A stretch of DNA of 64,000 bases from Eledone cirrhosa. Its lineage: Eukaryota. Positions 25,797 to 38,425 of the stretch are shown piece after piece. Every line of letters begins with the position of its first letter. Positions within the stretch are counted from its first letter, which is position 1. The stretch lies in assembly GCA_964016885.1 (NCBI GenBank), contig OZ024746.1:93186001-93250000 (forward strand), written 5' to 3'. The notes beneath the pieces were generated by a model, which worked only from the letters and a program-made list of their open reading frames with translations, did no database searches and was not told the origin of the DNA. Position numbers and translations under genes: made by a program.

Positions 25797-25897
25797 TGGG
25801 GCAATCAGTACTAATCGAGTTGTTTGAGGCAATCGGTACTAATCGAGTTGTTTGAGGCAATCGGTACTAATCGAGTTGTTTGAGGCAATCATATTAA
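25797..25897. repeat. 28-bp tandem repeat, about 3.5 copies
   Basis: GAGGCAATCGGTACTAATCGAGTTGTTT, adjacent to (TA)n. Confidence 0.85.
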
Positions 25898-25914
25898 TCA
25901 AGTTGTTTGAGGCA

Positions 25915-25971
<57 letters not shown>

Positions 25972-28900
25972 AAGAAGAATATATATAGTGAGAGAGAGAG
26001 AGAGAATTATTTATGGCTAAATCAGATGAGGAAGAGTAGTGTTAATGAAATTTTACAGGGCCTCCAAGAGATTGGTGGGAGAAAGGGTAGAAGGCTTGTG
26101 GTTTAGAAACCTAGTTAAAATGCTTAAACAGAGTGGGCCTCTGTAGAAGGTACCCAAGTGTAATGTGATGGTGTTAAACTGGGCAACAAATTACACCTAC
26201 AACCCAAGTACATATACAGTCCCTTTGACAGGCTCTGCCACAACCTATTTTACTGACAAGATTTGGTTCAGTAGCAGGCATTTGTATATGAAGCCACACA
26301 ATGGCATTGAACCTACAAACACGTGATTGTGAAGTTAACTTATCAACCGCATGGCTGTGTCTACAAATTGTTTATTTTATTATTGCTCTTTGTTGCAATA
26401 AAACAGAGTAAAAAATGAGAGAAATTTTAAATTGATAAATATACAGGATGGATCTCTGTTGGTTTGGATAATGAGTGTTCTTGTTGTTCAATCAACAAAA
26501 CAGCTTGTAAGTGGATGAGCATTCTACCAACACATGTAGCCTTAATGTAATTCTCAGGGAGATTCAACAGGACATGGTGTGTAACAAGCCTGGCCCTTTG
26601 AATTACTGGTAACTCCATGTAATGTACTACCACTGCATGAGTCCAACTGAGGCTATGGTAAATGACACTTGACCAAGATACCACACAGTGGAATTGAACC
26701 TAGGATCAAATGATTACTGAACCTAGGATCAAATTATCTCAAAGTGAACTCCTTAACCACTCAGCTATTCTACATCCACTAAATACATACAGTCCATCAT
26801 AGATATTGAGTATAGAAGATTGTTAGATTGGTTATATCAAATTAATTTTACATCATCATCGTTTAACGACCATTTTCCATGCTAGCATGGGTAGGACGGG
26901 GCTGTCCTTTGTGAGAAATCAGGATGGTGTTTCGCTCACATAGAACTGATTTGGGCTTGGTTTCTACGGTTGGATGCCAACCACATTTACAGTGTGTGCT
27001 GGGTGCCCTTTGTCATGATACCTACATGACCACTTTACAGCATGGACTGGGCACTTTTGTCAAATTTTCTATTATTGATCACACAGTTACAAAATTAAAT
27101 CATGTCTTAGTCTACTGAACAGAACAATAGATATTGTTATTCTAAAGTTAACTGTTGAAATTTGTAAATTTTAAGGCAAATTTTTGATTTTATTGAAACA
27201 TTCATTCCAAACAATAAATAAAATGTGTATGAAGAAGAATGAAATGACATTTAGTGAGAAGTAAAAGAGGGATGGGATAGAGAAACCACTCATGACAACC
27301 TTTTGTAGACTACATGAATAAAATATTCTTAACAATTCTATCTTTCAATGCCAACCAGTATATGATCTTCAACATTTACTTAGTGATTCCTTTGTCATTA
27401 CTTTAAGAAATGAAAGGCAATGTCAATTCAGAAGTGTGAGTCGTGGTTAGAATTAAATCCTGTAAGGTATCTAGTTCAGTATATGCCAAATTACCTTCTC
27501 CTTTTGTGTGTAAAATGTTGGATTTTTCTTTCAAATAAATTCAAGACCAACTTTTGTAAGGTAAATTTTGCATGTCTGTGATGTTATTTTATCAACTCTG
27601 GATGATTGGAAGGCAAAATTGACCCTCAAGGAATTTGATCTTTCGATTGCAAAAGATTAAACTAAAAGCTGTAAGAAACCAGTAAGGGTGCCTTTATATG
27701 GTCATTCGACCTGTTAAAAATATCAGATATCCCCTTTAATCTCACCCTTCCCTCTTACATTATAAAAGGCATACTGGGTATTCTAGTTGCAGATTCACTA
27801 TATTGATTAAAAAAATTAGTTGATCTTGAATGGAATTCTTTTGATCATAGGTCTGCTCAATCAGAACTAACCTGGAACTAAATTACTAAATTATCTAATA
27901 TCCCAACCATTTCAATCATCTGTGTAGATATGGAATATCAAAATATTGTGTAGTTGCAAGCAAACTTTTTAGCCAGTCATAATTGCCAACCAGCATTTTT
28001 TGCTATAAATAAAATCATCCCAATTTGCGTTCTGTTTCAAAGGTAAAATACCACTTCTTTCATGTACTTCATCATTTAACATCCATTTTCCCTGCTAGCA
28101 AGATTTGGCTGGGCTGTCACAGACTAAGTCAGTACCTAATCAAAGCTACTGGTTTCTCAGATGTCACATGAGCCTGTTTCTTGCTTATATACATTCTCAT
28201 GTTCTATTGAGTGCACTGTTTAAATTTTATTGTGGCACTAGTACTAGGAAAACTGTCATGTCTTTAGCTAAAGAGTCCTCCCACCCCTTCTTCAGGTTTT
28301 CTGTGGTTGGATGTCCTTCCTATCACCAACCATTTTATTGAGTATTCTGGATATATTTATCTTGTAGATCACCAACACTAGAGAGGTTGTTGTGTTAACA
28401 GTTAAAGAGTTTTTTTTCAACCCATCTTTGATATGTATCAATGATCTTAGAGTATTGGCTATAGACAGATGAGACAAAAGCCAGTCTAGAGTAGGACATG
28501 GAAACTGAAAGAACCCTCATATATATTTATTACTAGGGTGAATACAAAATCAGTTTCTTGACTTTTCAGTAATCAGAGGTATCCATCAAGAAATGATATC
28601 TCCTATTAATTTTGGGTTGATGTGACAGTACATCTGATTGATTCCAGTACTTGATTGATATTTATTTCAATGAACCCCAAAAGGTGAATGAGCAAAGTCG
28701 ACTTTCTGATGATTTGAGTTTGGAACATAAAGAATCATAACTAAATACTGCTAGGTATTTTTTTCTTATTTATAATTTCAGTTATTTATATCATTTAATT
28801 AGTACTTGGATATTTACTTAATAACTAAAAAATTTGATCTTGTAGCTTAATTGTTTGCCTTGAATAACAATTGGGATTTATTGTCTACACAGATTTTTTT

Positions 28901-29217
28901 TTTTTTTTTTTTTTTTACAATTTCAAATTAAAGAAATTGGAATTCATTTGAAATTTTTCAGCTTTCCAGTTATTTAAGATTGCCCATGGTAATTAAATTC
29001 TGCTTTACGATGTTTTGTCATCTGATTATTGGTGTCTTTGGTGGGAAAACTGGTGCAAGCTTTTGGTGAAGTTGTTTCATCTGCATGCATTGAAACTTTT
29101 TTGAGCTGCATGATGACAATTGTCTCTTACCTTCGTCATATCTTTTATTCTCTCATGTAACATCTTTCTGATGTTGCCACTCTCCTTCATTTTCTCTTAT
29201 TTTTCAACCTATTTAAG

Positions 29218-29256
29218 CGTGCCCCAACGGACTCAGATGATGAAGCTTTGTATCAG
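29218..29256 (+). CDS. TMEM63: Candidate 39-nt alternative exon of TMEM63 (RAPTDSDDEALYQ)
   Basis: About 110-nt AG-free pyrimidine-rich zone ending in AAG, CAG|GTAGGT donor, phase 0-0, two TGCATG upstream, lies in a repeat-poor island. Confidence 0.6.
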
Positions 29257-30383
29257 GTAGGTAAACATAGTTCGCCAATCCCTGTATAATCCCTGAAAGG
29301 TTTTGGGTCAGACTTCATTATGTATTTAACTATCTTGAGTTTAAGACATACAAATATTTTATTTCTTGGTGACTTTCTACTAATATTTTCTAAATCTTCA
29401 CAAGTTTTCTAATTAAGTGAATGGTTTATTTTATCTATTCCAATTCTTAATGAATTATCCTCAATATTTTTATTTATCTGAAATGTTTTGTCTTTTCTTA
29501 TTTTTTCTTAAAAGTTCTGGGACACCTTGAATATTTTTTCTCTAGGGATTTGGTTATTGTAAACAAATTGAGTTTTTGTTTTATTTTGGTCATTGTATCA
29601 GAGATGTCAACCCTTGTCAACCCTTAATTTCTTTTTATCCTAAAATGTTTTGTCTCAATCAACAATTGTTTTTCTATCACTAAGTATTTTACCTCAACTC
29701 TTATCTTTTACATGTGTTACATCACACATTTGATTGACATGAAATGTTTGATAAATAGAAGCATTTGTTGTGTGTTTTTACAATATTTCTAATAGAAAGA
29801 TTAATCCATTTTCTAGATTATTTTTTTTTATATTGCCAAAGACATATTTATAATTAACAATGCTGCAGAAGAAATCACATGCACTTCAATTTTGTTGTGA
29901 TTCCATGATTTAGTAAATAATTTAGATTCAGTTATGATGGTCAACTCTTTGACCAAAGTGTCTACCCAGACTGAAATGACCAATGTCTAAAGCTATTTGA
30001 TAAAACTAATAACCTGTTAATTATTGGATAGTGTGAGTAATCCAGACTTCATATTAGAAGTGTTACATACTTTTTATATAATTTTTAATTTTATTCAGAG
30101 TTATAGAAATAATATTTTTTACTTTTGGCACAAGGCCACCAATTATCCCAGTGCATTACTGGTACTGCCCTCGGATAATTGGTGGCCTTATTACTTGTTC
30201 ACAATTCTTTCAGAATGAAAATATAAACACATATAATAAATACCATAAACTATTGTTAGGAACCTCAAATACAACACACCAAAATATACGATCAGAGCGA
30301 GAGAAAGAAGAAAGAACAAAATGAAACAAAAACAAAAATGAACATCAATTCACCACCAAGTGTGACAATTGGTCACACATCAC

Positions 30384-30530
30384 AAGGGCCGCTAACACTG
30401 AAGTTCTTGTTATTGTTGGTGGTTTGCCTTACTGAGGTGTCAGGTGATGCTTGTGAGGATGCCTGGTTGTTTCAGCACCTTAGCCTTGCCATCACCTGTG
30501 GTAGTGCTGTGAACGTATTGGCTTGCCTCA
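30384..30530 (+). mobile_element. CRE-type endonuclease C-terminal fragment
   Basis: GPLTLKFL...SGDACEDAWLFQHLSLAITCGSAVNVL resembles SGDxRExxWLxQRLSLAIxRGNA. Confidence 0.65.
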
Positions 30531-31119
30531 AAAATTTATATAATTATAACCATATGTATACAGATATAAATTCATTGTATACTTTGGCTGCTTAGCACAC
30601 CAATTAATACATATCAAAATAACTACCAACATTAGCACTAATGCTAATTAGAACATCCAATTCAGTGATACTATTATAAGTGATAGTCCTCCTAGGCTAT
30701 GTATTTCATTACGGTTGTTTAGATATTCATCATTTTTGCAATTTACAGGGAAGTATGTCAAATTTGACGTTTTCATGTCTATATATACTATGTATAATTT
30801 TATATACACATTTACACTGTCTCCTTTACCTCTATACTGTATATATATATATAGATATAAATTATAACCAGTAACTATTTTGCCCAAGTAAGAGAGGTGT
30901 TAGCATGATTTTCTTTTCAGATTTTAATTATCTTTAGTGAATCCCCTTAGTCAACAGACTAATCCTCACTGATTGTGAAACAAGGGCTGAGAATGGGCAG
31001 AATTGTTAGAGCATCAAACAAAATGCTTTGCAGAAATTGGTTTATGGCTCTTTATGTTCCGAGTTCAAAAATCCCAGTGAGGTTTGCCCTGGCCTTCATC
31101 CTTACGTTACCTACTTTAT

Positions 31120-31575
31120 AGGGTGTTCTGGGTGCTTTTTATCATAGTACACTCTGTAAAGTGGTAGTGCTGATGCTGAGTGCTTTTATCATACCATCAG
31201 CACTAGTACTAGACAGTGTACTGGGTGCTTTTATCGTAGCACCAGCACTGCAATTTGACAGTGTATTGGGTGCTTTGTATCATGGCACCTGTACTACTGC
31301 TTTTCAGAGTGTACTAGGTGCCTTGTATCATGGCAGCAGCACTACCACTTTACAAAGTGGATTAGATGTATTTTATTGTGGCACTAGCATTACCACTTTA
31401 CAAAGTGGAGCTGGTATATTTTATCAAGGCACTAGCACTACCACTTTACAAAGTTTACTGGATGCATTTTACCATGGTATCAATGTTCTGGGTGCTTTTT
31501 ATCATAGCACCAGCACTACAATTTTACAGATTGTACTGGGTACTTTTTATCATAGCACCAACACTACCACTTGAC
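31120..31575. repeat. Degenerate tandem array (about 45 bp) of the SINE module
   Basis: Repeated GTACTGGGTGCTTTTTATCATRGCACYAGCACTACCACTTTACA variants. Confidence 0.8.
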
Positions 31576-32215
31576 AGAACATCTCAAGTCAACATGGTCT
31601 CAGTTCTTATAAGTGAATTAATAAATTGCTTTAACTCTTTTGAGTCTAAACTGCCTAAATCTGCCCCTAATTTTATAATACATATAAAGTGTTTATATTT
31701 ATCTAAGAACATTACATAATAATTTGATGTAAAAAAACCTTTAAGTTATATTTCAAATACTAACTTAATAACAATTTCTGATTTAGGCACAAGGCCAACA
31801 ATTTTGGAGGAAGGGAAAGTCAATTAAATCGACCCCAGTGCATTACTGGTACTTTATTTTATCGACCCCCGTAAGGATGAAAGGCAAAGTTAACCTCAGC
31901 AGGATTCGAACTTGTGACATAACTAAATGCCACAAAGCATGTAGTCAGATGCTCTACCGATACTGCCAATCCACCGGCCTCAAATACTAGCTTAATAATG
32001 AGAAAGTTTTATTACTAAATCTCTTGAAACTCTTGAATATTTTCAAAATGAATTAAAAACCATAGGCAGTGTAAGTTGTCAAGAAAATATGGTCGGCATT
32101 TGGTTTGATTGCAATTTTGTAATATTATTTCATATTCAAACTTCTAATTGTCTGGTAATTTACTTAATTAAATCAATAATCTTACTTTAATTTCTTTTTT
32201 TTTTCTTTTCATCAG

Positions 32216-32317
32216 ATTAGCAATCTTATTCAGAATGTTTCTGATGAACTTTCAGAAATTGTTTATATTCCTTTATTATCATCACTATCAATATCATTAT
32301 CATCTTCATCACCATGA
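32216..32317 (+). CDS. Candidate alternative (possibly terminal) TMEM63 exon
   Basis: Strong acceptor (about 130-nt AG-free zone, T-rich tract, CAG). Phase 0 reads ISNLIQNVSDELSEIVYIPLLSSLSISLSSSSP*. Only a weak donor (GTTTAT at 32261) is visible. Confidence 0.35.
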   Translation: MSNLIQNVSDELSEIVYIPLLSSLSISLSSSSP

Positions 32318-32826
32318 CCACCACCACCATCATCATCATCACCATCATCATCATCACCATCATCATCATCACCATCATTATCACCACCATCATTATCACC
32401 ACCATCATTATCACCACCATCATTATCACCACCATAATCATCACCACCATAATCATCACCATGACCACCATCATCATCACTACCATCACCATCGTCACCC
32501 CAACCACCACCATTATCATTGCCATATTAATAATCATCACCATCACCACCACCATCATCACAACTACCACCATTATCATCATCTCCTTTAGCATCACCAC
32601 CACCATCCTCACCACCATCCTCACCACCACAACCATCATCATTATCACCACCATATTAATAATCATCACCATTACCACCATCACCACTGCCACCACCATC
32701 ACCACTACCACCACCATCACCACTACCACCACCACCACCACCACAACCATCATCATCACAACCATCTCCATCATCATTTCCATTAACATCACAACCACCA
32801 CAATAGTCACCACCACCATCATTATC
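32277..32826. repeat. Compound (CAT/CAC)n triplet repeat (shorter one at 7908-8045)
   Basis: Seen directly; source of the poly-H, poly-T/I and poly-M/V ORFs. Confidence 0.95.
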
Positions 32827-32998
32827 CTGTGGTTCATATTGTCTGTTAGCTAAACATGAGTCTGGTTCCTTGTTTCAATTTGGTGATAGTCCTTTTATGA
32901 AATCCAGTTCCAATTCACTGTAATATTTACACCACTCACATCTTTTTATTCTGGTTGAACATTTCTGTTTTTACCTGTCTCACAACCTTCAGCAGCAA

Positions 32999-33114
32999 TT
33001 AACCTTCAGCACGCCGTCGACGACAAATTGCAGCAAGAGAATAATTTCCTCTTAATACATAATGCTGTGTCAAGAGAAGTAATTCATAAAAAGATTCAGC
33101 ATTGTAAAGGTTAA
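32999..33114 (+). mobile_element. piggyBac-type MITE family 3 (about 115 bp; second copy about 42505-42619)
   Basis: TTAA|CCTT...AAGG|TTAA, shared interior CTTAATACATAATG. Confidence 0.7.
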
Positions 33115-33244
33115 GAAAGTATGGACAGCAATAAACAGCATTTATTTGCCAGGAATGTGGGCACAAGCATATCCCAAAACACAGTCCTTGGTGGTACAAG
33201 AGTGCTATTAATATTGAAAAAAATATCTACTACTCAAACTTGTG

Positions 33245-33279
<35 letters not shown>

Positions 33280-34531
33280 CTTCTCTCACACATATTGGTC
33301 TCTCTATCACAGACACACACACACATCATACACCTGTTTTCTGATGCATCTATTCTCCGTCCTCCTCTCTTTTCTTTCTCTCTCTCTCTCTCTCTATTTT
33401 TGCCCATATGTTTGTACATGGCTTTTTGTTTTCTGTCTCTCTGATTCCATTCCTTTTCTCTCTCTGACTTTCTCACCTTTTCCCTGTCTTCTCTCCTCCT
33501 CATATGTTTTATTCAATGATATGTTTTGTATGCTCTACTAATTATTTGATACAGCATCATGTCATAAAATAATACATTCCAGTTTGCTATTTCTACTTAC
33601 ATCTTACAAAGTTTAATCCAATGCCACTATTTAACCCTTTAGTATTTACATTACTCTATATTCACTATTGTATTTTCATGGGAAAGGCTATGTCTCACAT
33701 AATTACCTTACATAATATTGAATCTACAAGATTTTGATGTTATTATTTAAATTGAGAACAATATCTTAACATCAGTATAAGCAGCTGGTTACAGCTAGTT
33801 TGAGCAGAAAGAAGTGAGAGAATTCTGGCTGGATATGGCTGGTTTAAATGCTAAAGGGTTACGACATTAGGTGTAGTTTCAGACAAATTTAGCTACCCTA
33901 TTTCTAGCAGATTGAGTAACTGTGTAGAGGTTCCTTAGAAAAAAAAATTATATATATAAACTTCAATAAAAAGAAATATATATGTATAAAATATTTTATG
34001 TTTCAATCTTGTGAGCACTTAATTCCTTTTATTACAACCCTAAACTCTCATTGCAGCTAACCTGATGGAATTAAACATGATTATTTGGCTTAGAGATGTA
34101 TGTATCCAGTTTAGAATAGATACATTGTATCCCTGCATGTTGTAGGAGGTGATTAAAAGGCTTGGCAGCAGAAAGAGGAGCATCCAGATGTAAAACATTG
34201 CTTCAACCTTTTAGCATTTAAACTGGCTGTATTCAGCCAGATTCTCTCACCTCTTTCTGTTCAAATCGCCCGTAACTGCCAGCCACTCATACTGATGTTA
34301 ATGTATTATTCTCAAAATAAATGATATCAAAATCTCATAGATTCGATATTATGTGAGATAATTATGAGGTAAAGCCTTTACCATGAAAATACAATATTTT
34401 ATATAGAGCAATGTAAATGCTAAAGGGTTAAAAAGGACCCCATGGTGTGTATGGAGCCTACCATGGGACCCAAAAGGCTAGCAGGGAAAATATTAAAATG
34501 CTTGTAGTGTGCTGTTGAGTTTGGCTTAGAG

Positions 34532-34698
34532 CAGAGTTTCCCAAACATTTTCAAATGCAGAACCCTTTTTGCTTCGGAAACTTTTGGGGGAACCCCAAAG
34601 TCTAATAATGTTATATGGTCGTAATATAAATATACTCCTCTACATTTTTTCATGGAACCCTAAACACTCCTTTGCAGAGCCCACTTTGGGAACCACTA
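34532..34698. mobile_element. hAT (Charlie-like) MITE
   Basis: CAGAGTTTCCCAAA...TTTGGGAACCACTA with an exact 8-bp TSD GCTTAGAG (34524-34531 and 34699-34706). Confidence 0.85.
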
Positions 34699-35097
34699 GC
34701 TTAGAGAATGTCATCTCTCACTCTCAATGTCTTCTTGATCAAACTGCAAAAGTTATAATTTATGTTGTCATTGTCTAGCTCCACATCAACCTTGACCAAG
34801 CAGTCCTTTAATCAAGGCATTCTAACCATGACCATTCTATTTTTTTCTTAGGCACAGTATACCAAGGACCACATTATCCAATCTATTTGTTCTTTCTTCT
34901 AAAAGCGTAGAGTTTTGTTTGAGGGGAGATATAGCTAATATTTCTAGTAGGACAAAGCAACCATGTAGATGACACTTATTTGCTTGGTCTCCTTCATTAG
35001 TTTGTTAACTGGGATTAGAAGTTAAGGTAAGAAACAACAGGAGTTTTATGGCTGGGAATGTGAGGCAAGTAGATAAAAAAATGCAATTATGATAATA

Positions 35098-35732
35098 CTG
35101 GTGGCCTCCCAGTCTTCGGCCAGGTTTGTACTGTGCTCAAATCTATTATCATCTGTGGTAATATCCATTTCTTTTTTTTTTAGAATAAAAGATGTTAAAA
35201 AGTATTTAAATATTGCATAACATAATTTTAAAATTTATTTAGAAATACAGAAAGTAATAAAAAAAAAAAATAATAGAAATATGTATTCTACAAAAATTAT
35301 AAAACAGTATATACAATGTTTTAAACTTTTTTCTTTGGAGAATATATGAAGAGTTTGTGGGGTCTTCTTAGTTGGGAATAATCTACATACCATTGACCAT
35401 GGGAGAAACAGCCCTCTTCTGCAGTGTTTGACCTTGGGACTTGTTGATAGTCACTGGGAATTGCAATCATTTGAAATGAAAGAGGATATCCATTGTTATT
35501 AGTGACATTCTAGGTATTAGTGACATTCTAGGTATAGATGTGATGTCTCCCTTACCACGGGAGGCTGTAGTTCAGTCACAACCACACTCATCCCATTGCA
35601 GAATCTTGGCTGATCCAAGTTTCTGAGAAGCATGGTGACTGTGCCCTTCTTCAATTCAAGTTTGTGTGGCAGCATACCAGATGGTTCCTGATTGTTGAGA
35701 AATTCAATGAGATAATGAACAGCTTTGTCCTG
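35098..35732 (-). mobile_element. Helitron 3' fragment (PIF1 helicase C-terminus and terminus)
   Basis: Minus strand EFLNNQEPSGMLPHKLELKKGTVTMLLRNLDQPRFCNG, LQFPVTINKSQGQTL, FSHGQWYV, KNIVY. Imperfect GC hairpin then CCAG|T (canonical CTRR|T). Confidence 0.88.
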
Positions 35733-35899
35733 TCAAAAAATGCGTTATTCAAAGTGTTTTGGTGAATCTCACTGAGAACTACATTAAGGGTGCACATGTC
35801 TGTGGAATGCTCAGCCATTTACACATTAATTTCATGAACAAACTGTATCATTATTTGAACAACTAGAACACTGGGTGTCATAACTGCAACTGCGCTGAT

Positions 35900-36105
35900 A
35901 GTGGTGAGTAGGGAGGTGACCCTAGGGCCAAGGACACGAGAAGTCTCCACTGCTACGGGCTAAACTGCAAACCTGTTGGAGAGCCACCGATATTTGGAGA
36001 GTTTACCTTCCTCAGCTCAAAGTGCAGCAGAGCCTGGGTTAGTCACAGACTGCACCAGGTTGCCGCTGGAGAAAGTGTTGCTGCATGTGGCATCCCAGAT
36101 GAGGG
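35900..36105 (-). mobile_element. CRE-type non-LTR retrotransposon fragment (restriction-like endonuclease)
   Basis: LIWDATCSNTFS...GSAAL*AEEGKLSKY...PVAVETSRVLGP matches the WDxT...AExxKxxKY...PxAVET pattern. Confidence 0.75.
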
Positions 36106-36285
36106 GTTATAGTTGTGGTTATATAAAGCTTTAGCAGAATCTCTGGTTCTCAATATTGTCTTCTAAATATTGTGTGATGGATGAATGGTTGAAGGGTTCC
36201 TTTTGACATCTCTTATCATTGTTGATATAGATGGCAAAATTATCTCTCTCTTTCTCTCTCTCATTATCTCTATTCTCTGTTACAG

Positions 36286-36324
36286 CATCTTACTGCTGAT
36301 TCAAGACAAACGGAACCCATTAAA
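36286..36324 (+). CDS. TMEM63: TMEM63 39-nt penultimate exon K (HLTADSRQTEPIK)
   Basis: Long (TC)n tract + CAG, AAA|GTAAGT donor, phase 0-0, in frame between exon J and the last exon. Confidence 0.8.
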
Positions 36325-36599
36325 GTAAGTTGAATTTACATTTTTGTTGTTGTTTCTCAATTTTATGAGATGGAATGTTGCTGTTAAATATTTACATCAG
36401 TTTCTTCTTTTCCCTTTTCTTTTTCTTTTTCTTTTTCTTTTATTTCTTCTTCCTGAGAGGGTTGTGGGGACCCAGTCGTTGAGAGGTCCAGAGGGCCTAA
36501 GGGGGCAGTGGAGGGGTGGTAGAGATGATATAATAGTATATTAAATATCAAATGATGCATATTATAAATATAGTAAAATAAAAATATTTATTTGTACAT

Positions 36600-37318
36600 A
36601 ACATATATTATATTATTTATTATATATATATTATATTATTTATTATATATATATTATATTATTTATTATATATATATTATATTATTTATTATATATATAT
36701 TATATTATTTATTATATATATATTATATTATTTATTATATATATATTATATTATTTATTATATATATATTATATTATTTATTATATATATATTATATTAT
36801 TTATTATATATATATTATATTATTTATTATATATATATTATATTATTTATTATATATATATTATATTATTTATTATATATATATTATATTATTTATTATA
36901 TATATATTATATTATTTATTATATATATATTATATTATTTATTATATATATATTATATTATTTATTATATATATATTATATTATTTATTATATATATATT
37001 ATATTATTTATTATATATATATTATATTATTTATTATATATATATTATATTATTTATTATATATATATTATATTATTTATTATATATATATTATATTATT
37101 TATTATATATATATTATATCATTTATTATATATATATTATATCATTTATTATATATATATTATATTATTTATTATATATATATTATATTATTTATTATAT
37201 ATATATTATATTATTTATTATATATATATTATATTATTTATTATATATATATTATATTATTTATTATATATATATTATATTATTTATTATATATATATTA
37301 TATTATTTATTATATATA
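36600..37318. repeat. 23-bp AT-only minisatellite, about 31 copies
   Basis: Unit TTATATTATTTATTATATATATA; abuts a truncated SINE with TSD ATTATATATAAATTAA. Confidence 0.93.
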
Positions 37319-37840
37319 AATTAATGCCGAGGTTGACTTTGCCTTTCATCCTTACGGGGTCGATAAAATAAAGTACCAGTAATGCACTGAGTAATTGCTG
37401 GCCTTGTGCCTAAAGTAGAAACAATTATATATAAATTAACGATTTTATTTATTATATATTATTTACAATTTGAATGTAGGCAGGTCTCTGTGGAAATAAG
37501 TGTGGGGCGCTGAGGGTATTATGTGCTGAGGGGGGAGGCGGCCCAAAAAGTTTGAGAACCTCTGAGTACATCATCATCCATATTCCCTGCTAGCAAGGAC
37601 TGAATGAGTCATCACAGACTAAGTCACACACACACACACGTATATCTATATATGGAATGATATAACTGAAACTTGGAAGTCAATGCCACTTTTTTTAATT
37701 CAGAAAATAACATTTACACTCGAGCTACATGCATTGAGTGCTCACTTATTTACCGTTTAAATGTTGTAAGTACTACGGTATTTTAAGCAACCATTCTTAA
37801 ATATATCTTCATCATCTTCATCATACTGAGTGCTCATTTA

Positions 37841-38425
37841 GTTCCTTCCATTTCATTGCTTATCTGTGATGTAGGAATGGGAAGTTGTCAGAGAAATAAA
37901 AATTAGTGAAGTCTTCTACCTATCTAGAAAGTTCATTCACTATAGCTATGACTAGGTGGTCTGTAACTTTACAGTCATTGTGCTGAAGGCTGATCTTCAA
38001 TAACCATGAATGTAATTCTCAGGCAATGATTTGAAATTAAATTATACAACAACGCAGCTGTCTGAAACTGGAGCCTATTTTAGAGGTTAAAGAAAGAGTT
38101 AAAAAATTAACCCTTTCAATAGCAACCTGGCAAAAACTATCACTGGTCCTATGAAACAAAACCACCCATTTTAAAGGGTTCCTATTTAAATTAAAATCTT
38201 CCAGCATATAAGGGTATCATGTTAAGTTACTATCTCAGGTAATGAAATAATTAATAATTTATATCATCCCTCAAAATTCTTCATTAATTAACCAAAATAT
38301 AGTGTATTTCATTCGACATACAGTCACACAATGGTTAATAAATTATAAATTATATTGTAGACTACAAAACTATGTCAAATTAGTGAATTTCTAATTAGAT
38401 ATTAGTTTTTGTACTTTATTTAAGT
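37841..38425. repeat. About 585-bp segment repeated in inverted orientation at about 62386-62957
   Basis: AGCTATGACTAGGTGG...TTTACAGTCATTGTGCTGAA and flanks match the reverse complement; both copies include the same family-2 MITE. Confidence 0.8.

Noticed and set aside
32241-32262. CTGATGA...GAAAT hammerhead-like match
   Set aside because: The intervening 7 nt form no stem II.
32226-32853. Poly-His, Thr/Ile and Met/Val ORFs
   Set aside because: Artefacts of the (CAT/CAC)n repeat.
32993-33118. Possible exon after a CAGCAG acceptor
   Set aside because: Runs into a piggyBac MITE with an in-frame stop; a poison exon cannot be excluded but nothing supports it.
36592-37371. 259-aa Ile/Tyr/Leu membrane-like ORF
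   Set aside because: Translation of a 23-bp AT-only minisatellite.
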